Assembly: GCA_965656445.1 (NCBI GenBank)
Contig: CBFHKO010000001.1
Span: 764,212 to 828,211, forward strand
Length of the DNA: 64,000 nt
DNA from: an uncultured Rhodobacteraceae bacterium
Lineage (GTDB): Bacteria; Pseudomonadota; Alphaproteobacteria; Rhodobacterales; Rhodobacteraceae
Reading direction: 5' to 3'
Made by a program: the position numbers and the translations under genes. The notes beneath the pieces are model-generated. The model was not told where the DNA came from. It did not search any database and saw nothing but the letters and a program-made list of their open reading frames with translations. Below are positions 18,980-28,661 of the stretch, in pieces (the stretch's first letter is position 1; every line of letters starts with the position of its first letter).

Positions 18980-19726
18980 ATGATAGACGCCCTTGCCCTG
19001 ACCTCATTTGAAATCACCTACCTCGCCGCCGTTTGCTTTGTGGCTGGTATCGTTCGCGGGTTCACAGGGTTTGGGCAATCTGCTGTTGCTATGGCAAGTG
19101 CGGCTCTCGTCTTGCCTCCCGTTCTTCTTATCCCCATCCTATGGTGGATTGAGCTCGCCGCCAGTCTTTTGATGCTCAAAGGCGGCTGGAAGGACGCAGA
19201 CAAAGGCATGGCCACAACGCTCTGGATCGGGTCTGTGCTTGGCCTACCTTTGGGCCTGATGCTGACCACAACTTTGCCAGCCTATCAATCGCAATGTCTT
19301 GCCCTCATCGGCATTCTGGTCCTCGCCGCGCTCCAACTCGCCAAGATCAATCTCACACTTTTAAAAGGGCGCTATGGCCTTGTCCTGACGGGGATCGCTG
19401 CGGGCATCATGTCTGGCATTGCGCATATCGGGGGTATGGTCATCGCGCTTTACACGCTGAATTCAAACAAAAATGCACGGCAGATGCGGGCGTCCTTAAC
19501 GCTTTACCTCTTTCTTGGTGCGGCAAGCGGGTTTATCTTTCAATCCGCGTTTTCCATGATGGATAGCACCGCGATACTCAGAGGTGTGGCCTTTGCCATT
19601 CCGTCAACGATTGGCGTCCTCATAGGATCCAAGCTCTTTAATCCAAAATTCGAACCATACTACCGCCCGATTTGCCTATTTTTGGTAATTGGGCTTGCGC
19701 TGTTTGGTTTGTTCAAACTAGCGTGA
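18980..19726 (+). CDS. tauE: TauE/SafE (TSUP) family sulfite/anion exporter
   Basis: 248 aa with about 7-8 TM segments and Gly-rich TSUP-like helices. Located between the xsc branch and the sulfite dehydrogenase genes. Confidence 0.75.
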   Translation: MIDALALTSFEITYLAAVCFVAGIVRGFTGFGQSAVAMASAALVLPPVLLIPILWWIELAASLLMLKGGWKDADKGMATTLWIGSVLGLPLGLMLTTTLPAYQSQCLALIGILVLAALQLAKINLTLLKGRYGLVLTGIAAGIMSGIAHIGGMVIALYTLNSNKNARQMRASLTLYLFLGAASGFIFQSAFSMMDSTAILRGVAFAIPSTIGVLIGSKLFNPKFEPYYRPICLFLVIGLALFGLFKLA

Positions 19727-19747
19727 AGCGAAACAGGGGGGACTACG

Positions 19748-22543
19748 ATGAAAGATCAACCAATAATTGACACATCGCCTAAGGTATCTGACGAAATCAA
19801 ACAGACGACATGTTACATGTGCGCCTGTCGCTGTGGGATCAATGTGCATCTCAAGGATGGCAATGTCGCCTATATCGAGGGCAATAGGGATCACCCCGTC
19901 AACAAAGGCGTGCTCTGTGCCAAAGGTTCAGCTGGGATCATGCAGGTTAATGCACCCTCTCGTCTACGCGCACCTCTGAAACGTGTTGGACCACGTGGGT
20001 CAGGTGAGTTCGAAGAAATCTCTTGGGACGAAGCGCTCGACATCGCCGTTGATTGGCTCAAGCCGATCCGCGATGAAAATCCAGAAAAGCTTGCCTTCTT
20101 TACAGGTCGCGATCAATCACAGTCTTTCACGAGCCTCTGGGCTCAAAGTTACGGCACCCCGAATTATGCCGCACATGGTGGCTTTTGTTCGGTCAATATG
20201 GCGGCCGCTGGCATCTATACAATGGGCGGTGCGTTTTGGGAATTCGGTCAACCGGATTGGGATCATACCAAGCTCTTCATGATTTTTGGCGTCGCTGAAG
20301 ATCACGACAGCAATCCAATCAAAATGGGGATCGGCAAGATCAAAGCCCGCGGTGCCAAAGTCATCGGCGTCAATCCTATTCGCTCAGGCTATAATGCTGT
20401 CGCGGATGACTGGGTTGGCATCACACCTGGCACCGATGGTCTATTTATCCTCGCACTTGTTCATGAATTGCTCAAAGCAGGTAAAATTGATCTCACCTAT
20501 TTGGCGCAATACACAAATGCGCCTGTGTTGATCGACCCCGAAACGGGACTTTTGGTGCGCGATGAGGACGGCAAAGAGCTGGTGATTGATCGCGCAACAG
20601 GCAAACTCACGCCCTTTGATAAAAAAGGGGTGCAGCCTGATTTGAACGGATCCAGCGGCGCGGCCCGCACAGTATTCCACCAAATGATCGACCGCTACCT
20701 TGATCCGAAATATGCGCCCGAGGCAGTCGCGGATAAAGTCGGCATAACGGCTGGTAAAATCCGTGCCATCGCCAATGAAATCGCCCGTGTCGCCTTTGAA
20801 GAGGCGATCGAGCTGGATCAGGAATGGACGGATTTTCGCGGTGAAACCCATTCCAAGATGACGGGCCGTCCTGTGAGCTTTCATGCAATGCGCGGTATTT
20901 CCGCCCATTCCAACGGGTTCCAAACATGTCGCGCTTTGCACATGTTGCAAATCATCTTGGGCACCGTCGAAACGCCGGGGGGCTTCCGCTTTAAACCGCC
21001 CTATCCCAAGCCCGCAACAATCCACCCCAAACCCCATTGCAAGGTCACGCCCGGCGCACCACTGGACGGGCCGCACTTGGGGTTTGTCCATGGACCTGAG
21101 GACCTCGCCCTAAAGGATGACGGAACGCCTGCGCGCATCGACAAAGCCTTTACATGGGAAAACCCAATGTCGGCGCATGGGTTGATGCATATGGTGATCT
21201 CAAATGCCCACGCAGGCGATCCTTACAAGATCAACACCCTGTTCATGTACATGGCCAATATGAGCTGGAACAGCTCAATGAATACTGGCGGCGTGATCGA
21301 CATGCTCACGGACAAGGATGAGAATGGCGATTATGTCATTCCGAACATCATTTATTCGGATGCCTATAGCTCGGAAATGGTGGCTTACGCGGACCTCATC
21401 TTGCCCGATACCACTTATCTGGAACGCCACGATTGCATCAGCCTCCTGGATCGTCCTATTTGCGAAGCCGATGCAGCCGCCGACGCCATTCGCTGGCCCG
21501 TGATTGAGCCCGACCGCGATGTGCGCGGCTTTCAATCCGTGCTTTGTGAACTCGGCGCGCGGCTGAACCTTCCGGCCTTCACCAATGAAGACGGGTCTCA
21601 GAAATATGCCGACTACGCAGATTACATCACCAACCACATCCGCAAACCCGGCATCGGACCCCTCGCAGGGTTTCGGGGCGCGGGCGGAACGGAGTCTGGT
21701 CGTGGGGAGGTCAATCCAAACCAACTTGACGCCTATATCGAAAACGGTGGCTTTTTCGTGGAACATATCCCCGATGCCGCTCTCTATTATAAACCTTGGA
21801 ATTCGGCCTACCAAGACTGGGCTGTGGGAATGGGCATCATCGATAAGCCTGAACCCTACTTGTTCCAACTCTACGTCGAACCCATGCGCAAATTCCAACG
21901 CGCCGCCGAAGGGCATGGGGATCGCCAACCCCCCGATCATTTGCGCGAGCGGATCAAAACAACACTAGATCCCCTTCCAATATGGTATGCGCCTCTAGAA
22001 GACGGCCATAGCGATCCCGTTGAATACCCCATCCATGCGCTCACGCAACGCCCCATGGCGATGTACCACTCTTGGGGGAGCCAAAATGCATGGCTACGGC
22101 AAATCCACGGCCTCAATCCACTGTACCTACCTACCCGTTTAATGCAGGAAAATAACCTCGCGGATGGCGATTGGGCCGAAGTGACCTCCCCTCATGGCAC
22201 GATTACGGTTCCTGTGGCGGAAATGGCGGCATTGAACGAAAATACCGTGTGGACATGGAACGCCATCGGCAAACGCAAAGGCGCATGGGCCTTGGATGAA
22301 AAGGCACCAGAGGCCACCAAAGGCTTCTTGCTCAATCACTTGATTCACGAACTCTTACCCCCCAAAGGGGATGGCCTCAGATGGGCGAACTCTGATCCAA
22401 TCACGGGCCAAGCGGCTTGGTTCGACCTGCGTGTCAAAATCTCAAAAACCAAATCCCCAAGCGAAAGCCAACCCAACCTGCCGCCCATCGCCTCACCCGT
22501 AGAAAAAGGGCCAAGCAAATTGGCGTGGAAGGTGGGGAAATGA
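19748..22543 (+). CDS. soeA: Molybdopterin (bis-MGD) oxidoreductase catalytic subunit, SoeA-like cytoplasmic sulfite dehydrogenase
   Basis: 931 aa with an N-terminal 4Fe-4S motif (CYMCACRCGINVHLKDG...C). The N-terminus MKDQPIIDTSPKV has no twin-arginine signal. Followed by ferredoxin and membrane-anchor subunits. Confidence 0.75.
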   Translation: MKDQPIIDTSPKVSDEIKQTTCYMCACRCGINVHLKDGNVAYIEGNRDHPVNKGVLCAKGSAGIMQVNAPSRLRAPLKRVGPRGSGEFEEISWDEALDIAVDWLKPIRDENPEKLAFFTGRDQSQSFTSLWAQSYGTPNYAAHGGFCSVNMAAAGIYTMGGAFWEFGQPDWDHTKLFMIFGVAEDHDSNPIKMGIGKIKARGAKVIGVNPIRSGYNAVADDWVGITPGTDGLFILALVHELLKAGKIDLTYLAQYTNAPVLIDPETGLLVRDEDGKELVIDRATGKLTPFDKKGVQPDLNGSSGAARTVFHQMIDRYLDPKYAPEAVADKVGITAGKIRAIANEIARVAFEEAIELDQEWTDFRGETHSKMTGRPVSFHAMRGISAHSNGFQTCRALHMLQIILGTVETPGGFRFKPPYPKPATIHPKPHCKVTPGAPLDGPHLGFVHGPEDLALKDDGTPARIDKAFTWENPMSAHGLMHMVISNAHAGDPYKINTLFMYMANMSWNSSMNTGGVIDMLTDKDENGDYVIPNIIYSDAYSSEMVAYADLILPDTTYLERHDCISLLDRPICEADAAADAIRWPVIEPDRDVRGFQSVLCELGARLNLPAFTNEDGSQKYADYADYITNHIRKPGIGPLAGFRGAGGTESGRGEVNPNQLDAYIENGGFFVEHIPDAALYYKPWNSAYQDWAVGMGIIDKPEPYLFQLYVEPMRKFQRAAEGHGDRQPPDHLRERIKTTLDPLPIWYAPLEDGHSDPVEYPIHALTQRPMAMYHSWGSQNAWLRQIHGLNPLYLPTRLMQENNLADGDWAEVTSPHGTITVPVAEMAALNENTVWTWNAIGKRKGAWALDEKAPEATKGFLLNHLIHELLPPKGDGLRWANSDPITGQAAWFDLRVKISKTKSPSESQPNLPPIASPVEKGPSKLAWKVGK

Positions 22544-22625
22544 TCCGTATTTCATCTTTGTACAAATACTCAGGGGTCTGGGGCATCGCCCCAGGTCTGG
22601 ACATTCTTCAAAAGGGGACCAAACT

Positions 22626-23372
22626 ATGACCGATCTCCCAACATCAACCGACCGCAAGCTCGGCCTTGTGATTGATTTGGATACCTGTGTTGGCTGCCAT
22701 GCTTGTGTGATTTCCTGTAAAGGCTGGAACACCGAGAACTATGGCGCGCCTCTCAGTGATCAAAATCCCTATGGGGCGAACCCGTCTGGCACCTTCCTTA
22801 ACCGTGTTCACAGCTATGAAATCACGCCAGAGCAAGGCCCAGCCCAGCTCATCCATTTCCCGAAATCCTGCCTGCATTGCGACGATGCGCCCTGTGTGAC
22901 GGTCTGTCCAACGGGGGCCTCTTACAAACGCGCCGAGGACGGGATCGTCTTGGTAAATGAAGACGCCTGTATTGGCTGCGGCCTTTGTGCATGGGCCTGT
23001 CCTTATGGGGCACGCGAAATGGACGCCGAAGAAAAAGTCATGAAGAAATGCACCCTCTGTGTGGATCGCATTTACAACGATAACTTAGAACCAGAGGATC
23101 AAGTGCCCTCCTGTGTGCGCACCTGTCCTGCGGGCGCGCGTCATTTCGGGGATTTCAACGATCCAGAGAGCAATGTCAGCGTCTTAACCAAGGAACGCGG
23201 CGGCATGGATTTGATGCCTGAAATGGGCACGAAACCTGTGAATAAATACCTCCCTCCGCGTCCAAAGGACACTTTAGAAGAGGTCGATATTTTGGCCCCC
23301 TATTTGGACACGGTGGCAACAGAGACAACTGGCTTTATGGCTTGGCTTAACAAACAATTGGAGAAAATCTGA
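22626..23372 (+). CDS. soeB: 4Fe-4S ferredoxin-type subunit (DmsB/PsrB-like), SoeB-like
   Basis: Four Cys clusters (CVGCHACVISC, CLHCDDAPCVTVCP, CIGCGLCAWACP, CTLC...C). Confidence 0.78.
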   Translation: MTDLPTSTDRKLGLVIDLDTCVGCHACVISCKGWNTENYGAPLSDQNPYGANPSGTFLNRVHSYEITPEQGPAQLIHFPKSCLHCDDAPCVTVCPTGASYKRAEDGIVLVNEDACIGCGLCAWACPYGAREMDAEEKVMKKCTLCVDRIYNDNLEPEDQVPSCVRTCPAGARHFGDFNDPESNVSVLTKERGGMDLMPEMGTKPVNKYLPPRPKDTLEEVDILAPYLDTVATETTGFMAWLNKQLEKI

Positions 23373-24244
23373 TGCATCCAGCACCCTCCGTTATTATTTT
23401 CACAACCTTCTCAGGCTTGGGCTTTGGCTTGTTGATGTTTTTAGGGCTTGGCTATCCAAACGTCACGGGCATGATGGCATTTGGATTTTATCTGATTGCT
23501 TATGTCTTTGCCGTGGGCGGCTTACTGGCCTCAACATTCCACTTGGGCCATCCAGAACGCGCACTCAAAGCCTTTAGCCAATGGCGAAGCAGTTGGCTCA
23601 GCCGAGAAGCCTGGTTCGCTGTGGCGGCCCTAGTGGTTATGGGTCTCGTCGCCTTGGGGCAGGTCTTTTTTGACACACGCTTTACGCTACTTGGTGTGCT
23701 GGGCGCGGCGCTTTCCTTTGGAACGGTGCTCTGCACAGCGATGATTTACACACAGCTCAAAACCATTCCGCGCTGGAACACGCCAATCACGCCAGTTCTG
23801 TTCCTGGCGCTGTCGCTCACAGGTGGTGCACTCCTGTCAGGTCGCATCACTTTGACGCTTGTGTTGCTTGTGATCACTGGCGTTATCCAACTGGCCTATT
23901 GGATGTGGGGCGATAGCGCTCTGCAAAAGTCAGGCACCACGTTGGAAACGGCGACGGGTCTTGGGGAAATGGGACGCGTTCGGGCCTTTGAGCCCCCGCA
24001 CACTGGAACAAACTACCTGTTAAAGGAATTTGCCTATGTCGTCGGACGCAAGCACGCAGCAAAGCTTCGGATCATTTCGCTGATCCTGATGGTGGGGACA
24101 CCTTTGGTCCTACTCGCCTTGCCGTTCAATCACTGGTTTGCGCTCTTTGCGGTGCTCTCCCACATCTTGGGCGTTATGACCTCTCGGTGGTTGTTCTTTG
24201 CTCAGGCGGAACATGTCGTGGGTCTCTATTACGGCAAACGATAA
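23372..24244 (+). CDS. soeC: DmsC/NrfD-like membrane anchor subunit, SoeC-like
   Basis: 290 aa with about 8 TM helices. Its ATG overlaps the soeB stop (ATGA-type junction at 23370-23374). Confidence 0.7.
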   Translation: MHPAPSVIIFTTFSGLGFGLLMFLGLGYPNVTGMMAFGFYLIAYVFAVGGLLASTFHLGHPERALKAFSQWRSSWLSREAWFAVAALVVMGLVALGQVFFDTRFTLLGVLGAALSFGTVLCTAMIYTQLKTIPRWNTPITPVLFLALSLTGGALLSGRITLTLVLLVITGVIQLAYWMWGDSALQKSGTTLETATGLGEMGRVRAFEPPHTGTNYLLKEFAYVVGRKHAAKLRIISLILMVGTPLVLLALPFNHWFALFAVLSHILGVMTSRWLFFAQAEHVVGLYYGKR

Positions 24245-24330
24245 CGCGATAGGCCTGCATCCCCGAAAGGGGGTGCACTCTGACATGAACAGTTTGGATA
24301 CCGAGGCGACAACACAGGTCACCACAAAAG

Positions 24331-24364
24331 AAAAAGGCCCTCGATTGCTCGGGGCCTTTTCTCG
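24331..24364. terminator. Bidirectional intrinsic terminator between convergent soeC and atpF
   Basis: AAAAAGGCCC-loop-GGGGCCTTTT stem flanked by an A-run and a T-run. Confidence 0.6.
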
Positions 24365-24382
24365 TTTGCGATACCGCAATTC

Positions 24383-24940
24383 TTAGTGAAGCTTTGTTTC
24401 CACATCTGAAATCGCTGCATCAATCAGTTTGTTGCCTTCTGTGGCCGTCAACTGTTTCGCAATGATGTCACGTGCCGCAGAAACAGCAATCGTTACTGCA
24501 GCGTCACGCACGTCGCGCTCCGCGGATGCCTGAGCCGATGCAATCTGCTCTTCAGCAGCCGCCATACGACGGGCAACAGAGACCTGAAGGTCCGCTTTGG
24601 CTTGTTCAGCCGCCGCCTGCGCTTCGCTGCGAGCAGATTCAATGATGCGATCCGCTTGTTCCTGAACTTCTTTTTGCTTGCGCTCATAAGAGGCCAGAAT
24701 GCTCTGGGCTTCTTCACGAAGAGCGCGCGCTTCGTCGAGTTCAGACTTGATACCATCAGCGCGTTGATCGAGCATTTTTCCAATCATGCTTGGGACTTTG
24801 AAATAGAACAAAACCAAGATGAATGTGATGAATGCCAACGTCACGACGAAATCGGTGTTCGCCAAAGACACGAACGGGCCAGACGCCGCGACTGCAGGGC
24901 TTGCAAATACGATGGCGAATAGTGTTGCTAAAACGCGCAT
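24383..24940 (-). CDS. atpF: F0F1 ATP synthase subunit b
   Basis: 185 aa with an N-terminal TM segment and a long Ala/Glu/Arg-rich coiled coil. Last gene of the F0 operon. Confidence 0.85.
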   Translation of the reverse strand: MRVLATLFAIVFASPAVAASGPFVSLANTDFVVTLAFITFILVLFYFKVPSMIGKMLDQRADGIKSELDEARALREEAQSILASYERKQKEVQEQADRIIESARSEAQAAAEQAKADLQVSVARRMAAAEEQIASAQASAERDVRDAAVTIAVSAARDIIAKQLTATEGNKLIDAAISDVETKLH

Positions 24941-24944
24941 GATC

Positions 24945-25490
24945 TTATCCCTTCATCCGTGATACAATCGCTGACTTAACAGCTTTTGCGTCTGATTTAC
25001 CACCGAGTGCCGAAACAAGTTCACCAGCTGTCGCTGTTGCAACTTCTTCAACGCTTTCCAATGCTGTCGCACGGATTTCGGCGATTGCCTTTTCGCTTTC
25101 AGCGGTCTTTACAGAAATCTCAACATCTGCCTTCGCCATTGCGGCTTCGACATCTGCTTTGATTTCGGCTTTGGTGGTTTCGACAATGCGTGAAGCCTCT
25201 GCACGGGCGTCTGCCAATGCTTGGTTATACGCAGCCTCAGCCGCCGCCGCTTTCGCCTTCAGCTCTTCAGCTGCGGCGATATCTTTTGTAATTGTCCCCT
25301 GACGTTCAGCTAATACCGCAGCAATGCGGGGTAGCGCAACGCGCGATAGGACGAGGTAGATCACAACAAGTGTGATCAACAGCCAGAAAATCTGGTTGCC
25401 CCATGTCGAGAAATCTAGTTGCGGCATACCAGCATTTGATGCTGCCGCCCCTGCTGACTGACTGGTGGCTTCGGTCGTGTTAGATGCCAT
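24945..25490 (-). CDS. F0F1 ATP synthase subunit b'
   Basis: 181 aa with TM plus coiled coil. A second b-type subunit, as in the alphaproteobacterial atpIBEF'F operon. Confidence 0.8.
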   Translation of the reverse strand: MASNTTEATSQSAGAAASNAGMPQLDFSTWGNQIFWLLITLVVIYLVLSRVALPRIAAVLAERQGTITKDIAAAEELKAKAAAAEAAYNQALADARAEASRIVETTKAEIKADVEAAMAKADVEISVKTAESEKAIAEIRATALESVEEVATATAGELVSALGGKSDAKAVKSAIVSRMKG

Positions 25491-25570
25491 ATCGTCCTCC
25501 GTCGGAACCTGAGGGAACCGAGCGCGCCATCAAAGGCCCGCTCGACCGTAAGGAATATTTCCGCGAAGAC

Positions 25571-25795
25571 TTAAACGGCGAACATTAGAAGCAAAGCGAC
25601 TAGGAACGAAAAGATACCTAGAGCTTCTGCGAACGCGATACCGATGAACAATGTCGCTGTTTGTGATGCTGCTGCTGATGGGTTACGTAGAGCGCCGGCT
25701 AGGTAGTTGCCTGCAACGTTACCAACACCGATAGCTGCTGCGCCAGAACCGATTGCTGCAAGACCTGCGCCGATGTGTGCTAGTTGACCTTCCAT
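25571..25795 (-). CDS. atpE: F0F1 ATP synthase subunit c
   Basis: 74-aa hairpin proteolipid ([17 protein letters not shown]...AFAEALGIF). Confidence 0.93.
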   Translation of the reverse strand: MEGQLAHIGAGLAAIGSGAAAIGVGNVAGNYLAGALRNPSAAASQTATLFIGIAFAEALGIFSFLVALLLMFAV

Positions 25796-25844
25796 TTGTA
25801 TTCTCCTTACGATGGGAAGTTAATATTTAGTAGCGTGTTCAAAC

Positions 25845-26606
25845 TTAGTGACCAGGATGCAGAGCATCTTTTAGGTAGACACAAGTCAGAATAGTAAAGA
25901 CATATGCTTGGATAAAGGCCACCAAGACCTCAAGTCCGTACATTGCCGTAATTGCGAGGATAGAGACCGGCGAAATCACTGAGATCGCGGCAAATCCTGC
26001 AAAAACTTTGATAACTGCGTGGCCGGCCATAACGTTACCCGCAAGACGGATAGAGTGGCTCACAGGACGCACGAAGTATGAAATTAATTCGATAATCGCC
26101 AACACAGGGCGCAAGGCCAAGGGGGCGGATGCCACCCAGAAGAGGCCCAAGAATTTGGTGCCGTTCTTAGCAAAGCCAACGATGGTTACAGTCAAGAAAA
26201 CAAACATCGCCAACACTGCTGTTACGGCAAAGTGAGATGTTGTCGTGAATGACATTGGCAAAAGACCAAGGAAGTTTGCCATCACAATGAACATGAACAA
26301 TGTCATGACATAAGGGAAGAATACCACGCCGTCTTTGCCAGTGACGTCTTCAACCATTTTGTAGACAAAGCCATAAGCCAATTCACCGATTGACTGCGAG
26401 CGACCTGGAACAACCGCACGACGCGATGTCCCCACAACCATCAACAAAGCAACCGCAGCAACCGCTAGGGCCATCCACAAAGTTACGTTGGTGATTGTGT
26501 ACCAATGAATAGGACCTTCACCAAACAACGGTTTGACGATAAATTGATCCATTGGGTGGAAAACCAAACCCGCTTCTTCGGTGTGTGCGTCACTTGCCAC
26601 GGTCAA
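25845..26606 (-). CDS. atpB: F0F1 ATP synthase subunit a
   Basis: 253 aa with HPMDQF near the N-terminus and the [14 protein letters not shown] motif. The start codon (TTG 26606 or GTG 26600) is uncertain. Confidence 0.92.
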   Translation of the reverse strand: MTVASDAHTEEAGLVFHPMDQFIVKPLFGEGPIHWYTITNVTLWMALAVAAVALLMVVGTSRRAVVPGRSQSIGELAYGFVYKMVEDVTGKDGVVFFPYVMTLFMFIVMANFLGLLPMSFTTTSHFAVTAVLAMFVFLTVTIVGFAKNGTKFLGLFWVASAPLALRPVLAIIELISYFVRPVSHSIRLAGNVMAGHAVIKVFAGFAAISVISPVSILAITAMYGLEVLVAFIQAYVFTILTCVYLKDALHPGH

Positions 26607-26931
26607 ACCCTCTTTCTTTTTCGGCCTCAGCGGCCAGTATTTTCTCTTGTGCTTCGTTTGCAGAGCCGATCATTGTTTTCACGCCCGCCACAAAGCCCAG
26701 TAATGTAAATATCACGAGAAACAGCGGCAAAGTTCCAAACAGAACATCCAAGCCGTATCCCATGCCAAAGCCGATCCCAAGTCCCGCGACCAACTCTATC
26801 ACCATTCGCCAGGCATGCTGCGCTGTTGAATAGTGCTCATCCTGACGACCTTTCGGTGCCTGCGAAGTTTTTAGGGCGTCGATCCTGTCTTCCAATGATG
26901 CCAAGGGATCATTTTCATTTCGGTCTGACAC
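26590..26931 (-). CDS. atpI: ATP synthase protein I (AtpI/AtpZ family)
   Basis: 113 aa with two TM helices, immediately upstream of atpB. Confidence 0.7.
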   Translation of the reverse strand: MSDRNENDPLASLEDRIDALKTSQAPKGRQDEHYSTAQHAWRMVIELVAGLGIGFGMGYGLDVLFGTLPLFLVIFTLLGFVAGVKTMIGSANEAQEKILAAEAEKERGFDRGK

Positions 26932-27115
26932 GCCACAAATCCTTCTGGATGCTTGAGGGTGTTGTTAAATTGACCGCGCATCCGAGTCAACATGGCTTAG
27001 GCATCAGGAGAAATTTAATTAAGCCATTGTAATTAATGAATATAATTGACATCAACACTGCGACACAATCGTCAATCTGCCGGCCTCACCCCTGAAACAG
27101 GACATTTCGGCATAT

Positions 27116-27131
27116 TCAACCAAATGGTTGA
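27116..27131. promoter_or_regulatory. Perfect palindrome TCAACC-AAAT-GGTTGA, candidate ArsR-family operator
   Basis: Located 33 bp upstream of the ArsR-family ATG at 27164. Confidence 0.45.
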
Positions 27132-27163
27132 CGATTGATCCGCTTTCTTCGTAAGACGCCGGT

Positions 27164-27496
27164 ATGAGTACAAATCTTGATGACGTCTTTGCTGCCCTTG
27201 CGGACCCAACCCGCCGCGCCATTCTCTCTATGTTGCTTGAGGATGACATGGCCGTCACAGATGTCGCCGAGCCCTTTGACATGTCCCTCGCCGCCATTTC
27301 CAAACATCTCGGCATCCTAACCAGAGCTGGCCTCATTAGCCAAGAAAAACGCGGACGGGTGAAATGGTGTAAACTAGAGCCAGACGCCATGCGCGACGCA
27401 AGCATCTGGATGCAAAGCTTTGGTCAATTCGAAGCGGTGAATTTGGATGCCTTTGAAGCCTTCTTGGATCAAGAACTCGCCCAACCGTCAGATTAA
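27164..27496 (+). CDS. ArsR/SmtB family transcriptional regulator
   Basis: FAALADPTRRAILSML...VTDVAEPFDMSLAAISKHLGILTRAGLI is a canonical HTH_20/ArsR sequence. Confidence 0.87.
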   Translation: MSTNLDDVFAALADPTRRAILSMLLEDDMAVTDVAEPFDMSLAAISKHLGILTRAGLISQEKRGRVKWCKLEPDAMRDASIWMQSFGQFEAVNLDAFEAFLDQELAQPSD

Positions 27497-28377
27497 AGCT
27501 CTATCACCATATCAGGCGCGGCCTTTTTTAGATGCGCCAACAAGGCTTGCACCTTAAACGTGCGATGTAAATCAACATGCGTCACCAACCACAGGGTCGT
27601 TTCCCATGCCTCCAGCGGTGGGACAACTTCGATCAAGCCCTCTTGCGCGGCTTTTCCGCGTTCAACGAACCCAATCCCGACACCCAAGTTAATCGCCGTG
27701 TGCAAGGCCCGCACGTCCGTCGCACGAAATACAATTTGATCCTCATGAACCGTGTCAGCCAACCATTTGAAATGGGGCGCACGCGCAGGCGTGATATCAT
27801 GAGACACAAACCGATGGGTTTTCAGATCCTCAATTCCCTTTGGCATTCCAAATCGATCTATATAGGCGTGTGAGGCAAACAAGCCCACTTGGATTTTGAC
27901 AAAAGGTTGAACAACATTGTCAGGATCCGTCACCGCCGATCCCGCACGAATGGCAACATGGGCCTCGCCGTATTCAAGCCGATAGACACGCTCACTTGTC
28001 AAAAATCGAATGCGGACATCAGGGTGTTGACGTTGAAAGCGATCCAACAAAGGCACCAAAGCATCCGCCGTTTCCACCAAAGAGGTCACAACGATTTCCC
28101 CTTCGACACTATCGCCTTGTCCTTTGAGGCGGCTCACGAGTTGGGAAAACTGATCCTCCGTGGCTTGAGCCACGCGAAACAAATCCTGCCCTGCTTCAGT
28201 CGGCGTATACCCACGCGCATGACGTTGAAACAGCTTCACCCCCATACGCGCCTCAAGGGCATCTATATGACGAATGATCGTCGCATGATGAACATCCAAC
28301 GCTTTGCCCGCGCCACTCACCGTGCCCGCTTCGACAACCTTAAAGGCGGATTTCACCTCATCCCAATTCTCCATCAC
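27493..28377 (-). CDS. LysR family transcriptional regulator
   Basis: N-terminal FKVVEAGTVSGAGKALDVHHATIIRHIDALEARMGVKLFQR, plus a LysR substrate-binding domain. Confidence 0.88.
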   Translation of the reverse strand: MMENWDEVKSAFKVVEAGTVSGAGKALDVHHATIIRHIDALEARMGVKLFQRHARGYTPTEAGQDLFRVAQATEDQFSQLVSRLKGQGDSVEGEIVVTSLVETADALVPLLDRFQRQHPDVRIRFLTSERVYRLEYGEAHVAIRAGSAVTDPDNVVQPFVKIQVGLFASHAYIDRFGMPKGIEDLKTHRFVSHDITPARAPHFKWLADTVHEDQIVFRATDVRALHTAINLGVGIGFVERGKAAQEGLIEVVPPLEAWETTLWLVTHVDLHRTFKVQALLAHLKKAAPDMVIEL

Positions 28378-28481
28378 CGGCGCCCTTCACATGTCACTGT
28401 CCCAAGTCTCAGATGCGAGTGTGATCAACCCCTCAGAATTTTGCAACACCAAAGCCTCGTCCACATCCTATCAAAGCAAGA

Positions 28482-28510
28482 TTGACTCTCCCCCCGTTTC
28501 ACGTTAAATC
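28482..28510 (+). promoter_or_regulatory. Candidate sigma70-type promoter for ffh (TTGACT-17 nt-TAAATC)
   Basis: Hexamers read directly. The promoter would give a 5' UTR of about 150 nt. No experimental support. Confidence 0.3.
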
Positions 28511-28522
28511 CCCCAAAAATCA

Positions 28523-28616
28523 CGGAAGTCATAAGCTTCCGGTCCTAGTCACTATTAGGATCGCCCCCCGTCAGCGAGGATTCGCCCACGGGGGCTATCG
28601 TATATTGCAGGGACCG
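28523..28616 (+). promoter_or_regulatory. Structured element in the putative ffh leader (nested inverted repeats)
   Basis: Four inverted-repeat pairs: CGGAAG/CTTCCG (28523-28541), CGGTCC/GGACCG (28540-28616), GCCCCC/GGGGGC and GCGA/TCGC. Confidence 0.3.
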
Positions 28617-28661
28617 TTCTTATATCTTCTTGAGCGAAACTAGGAATAAGGACCAAAAACG

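Noticed and set aside
22578-22594. Hairpin CTGGGGC-ATC-GCCCCAG in the soeA-soeB spacer as a possible sRNA or terminator.
   Set aside because: It is short, has no U-tract and lies inside an obvious operon. It is more likely an mRNA stability or processing element, so it is mentioned only under the SoeABC finding.
28523-28616. Considered whether the structured element upstream of ffh is the SRP (4.5S) RNA gene.
   Set aside because: It lacks the conserved domain IV features I remember (a GGAA-type tetraloop flanked by the AGCA / GGUCC-GGAAGG-like symmetric loop). It is kept only as a candidate leader or sRNA.
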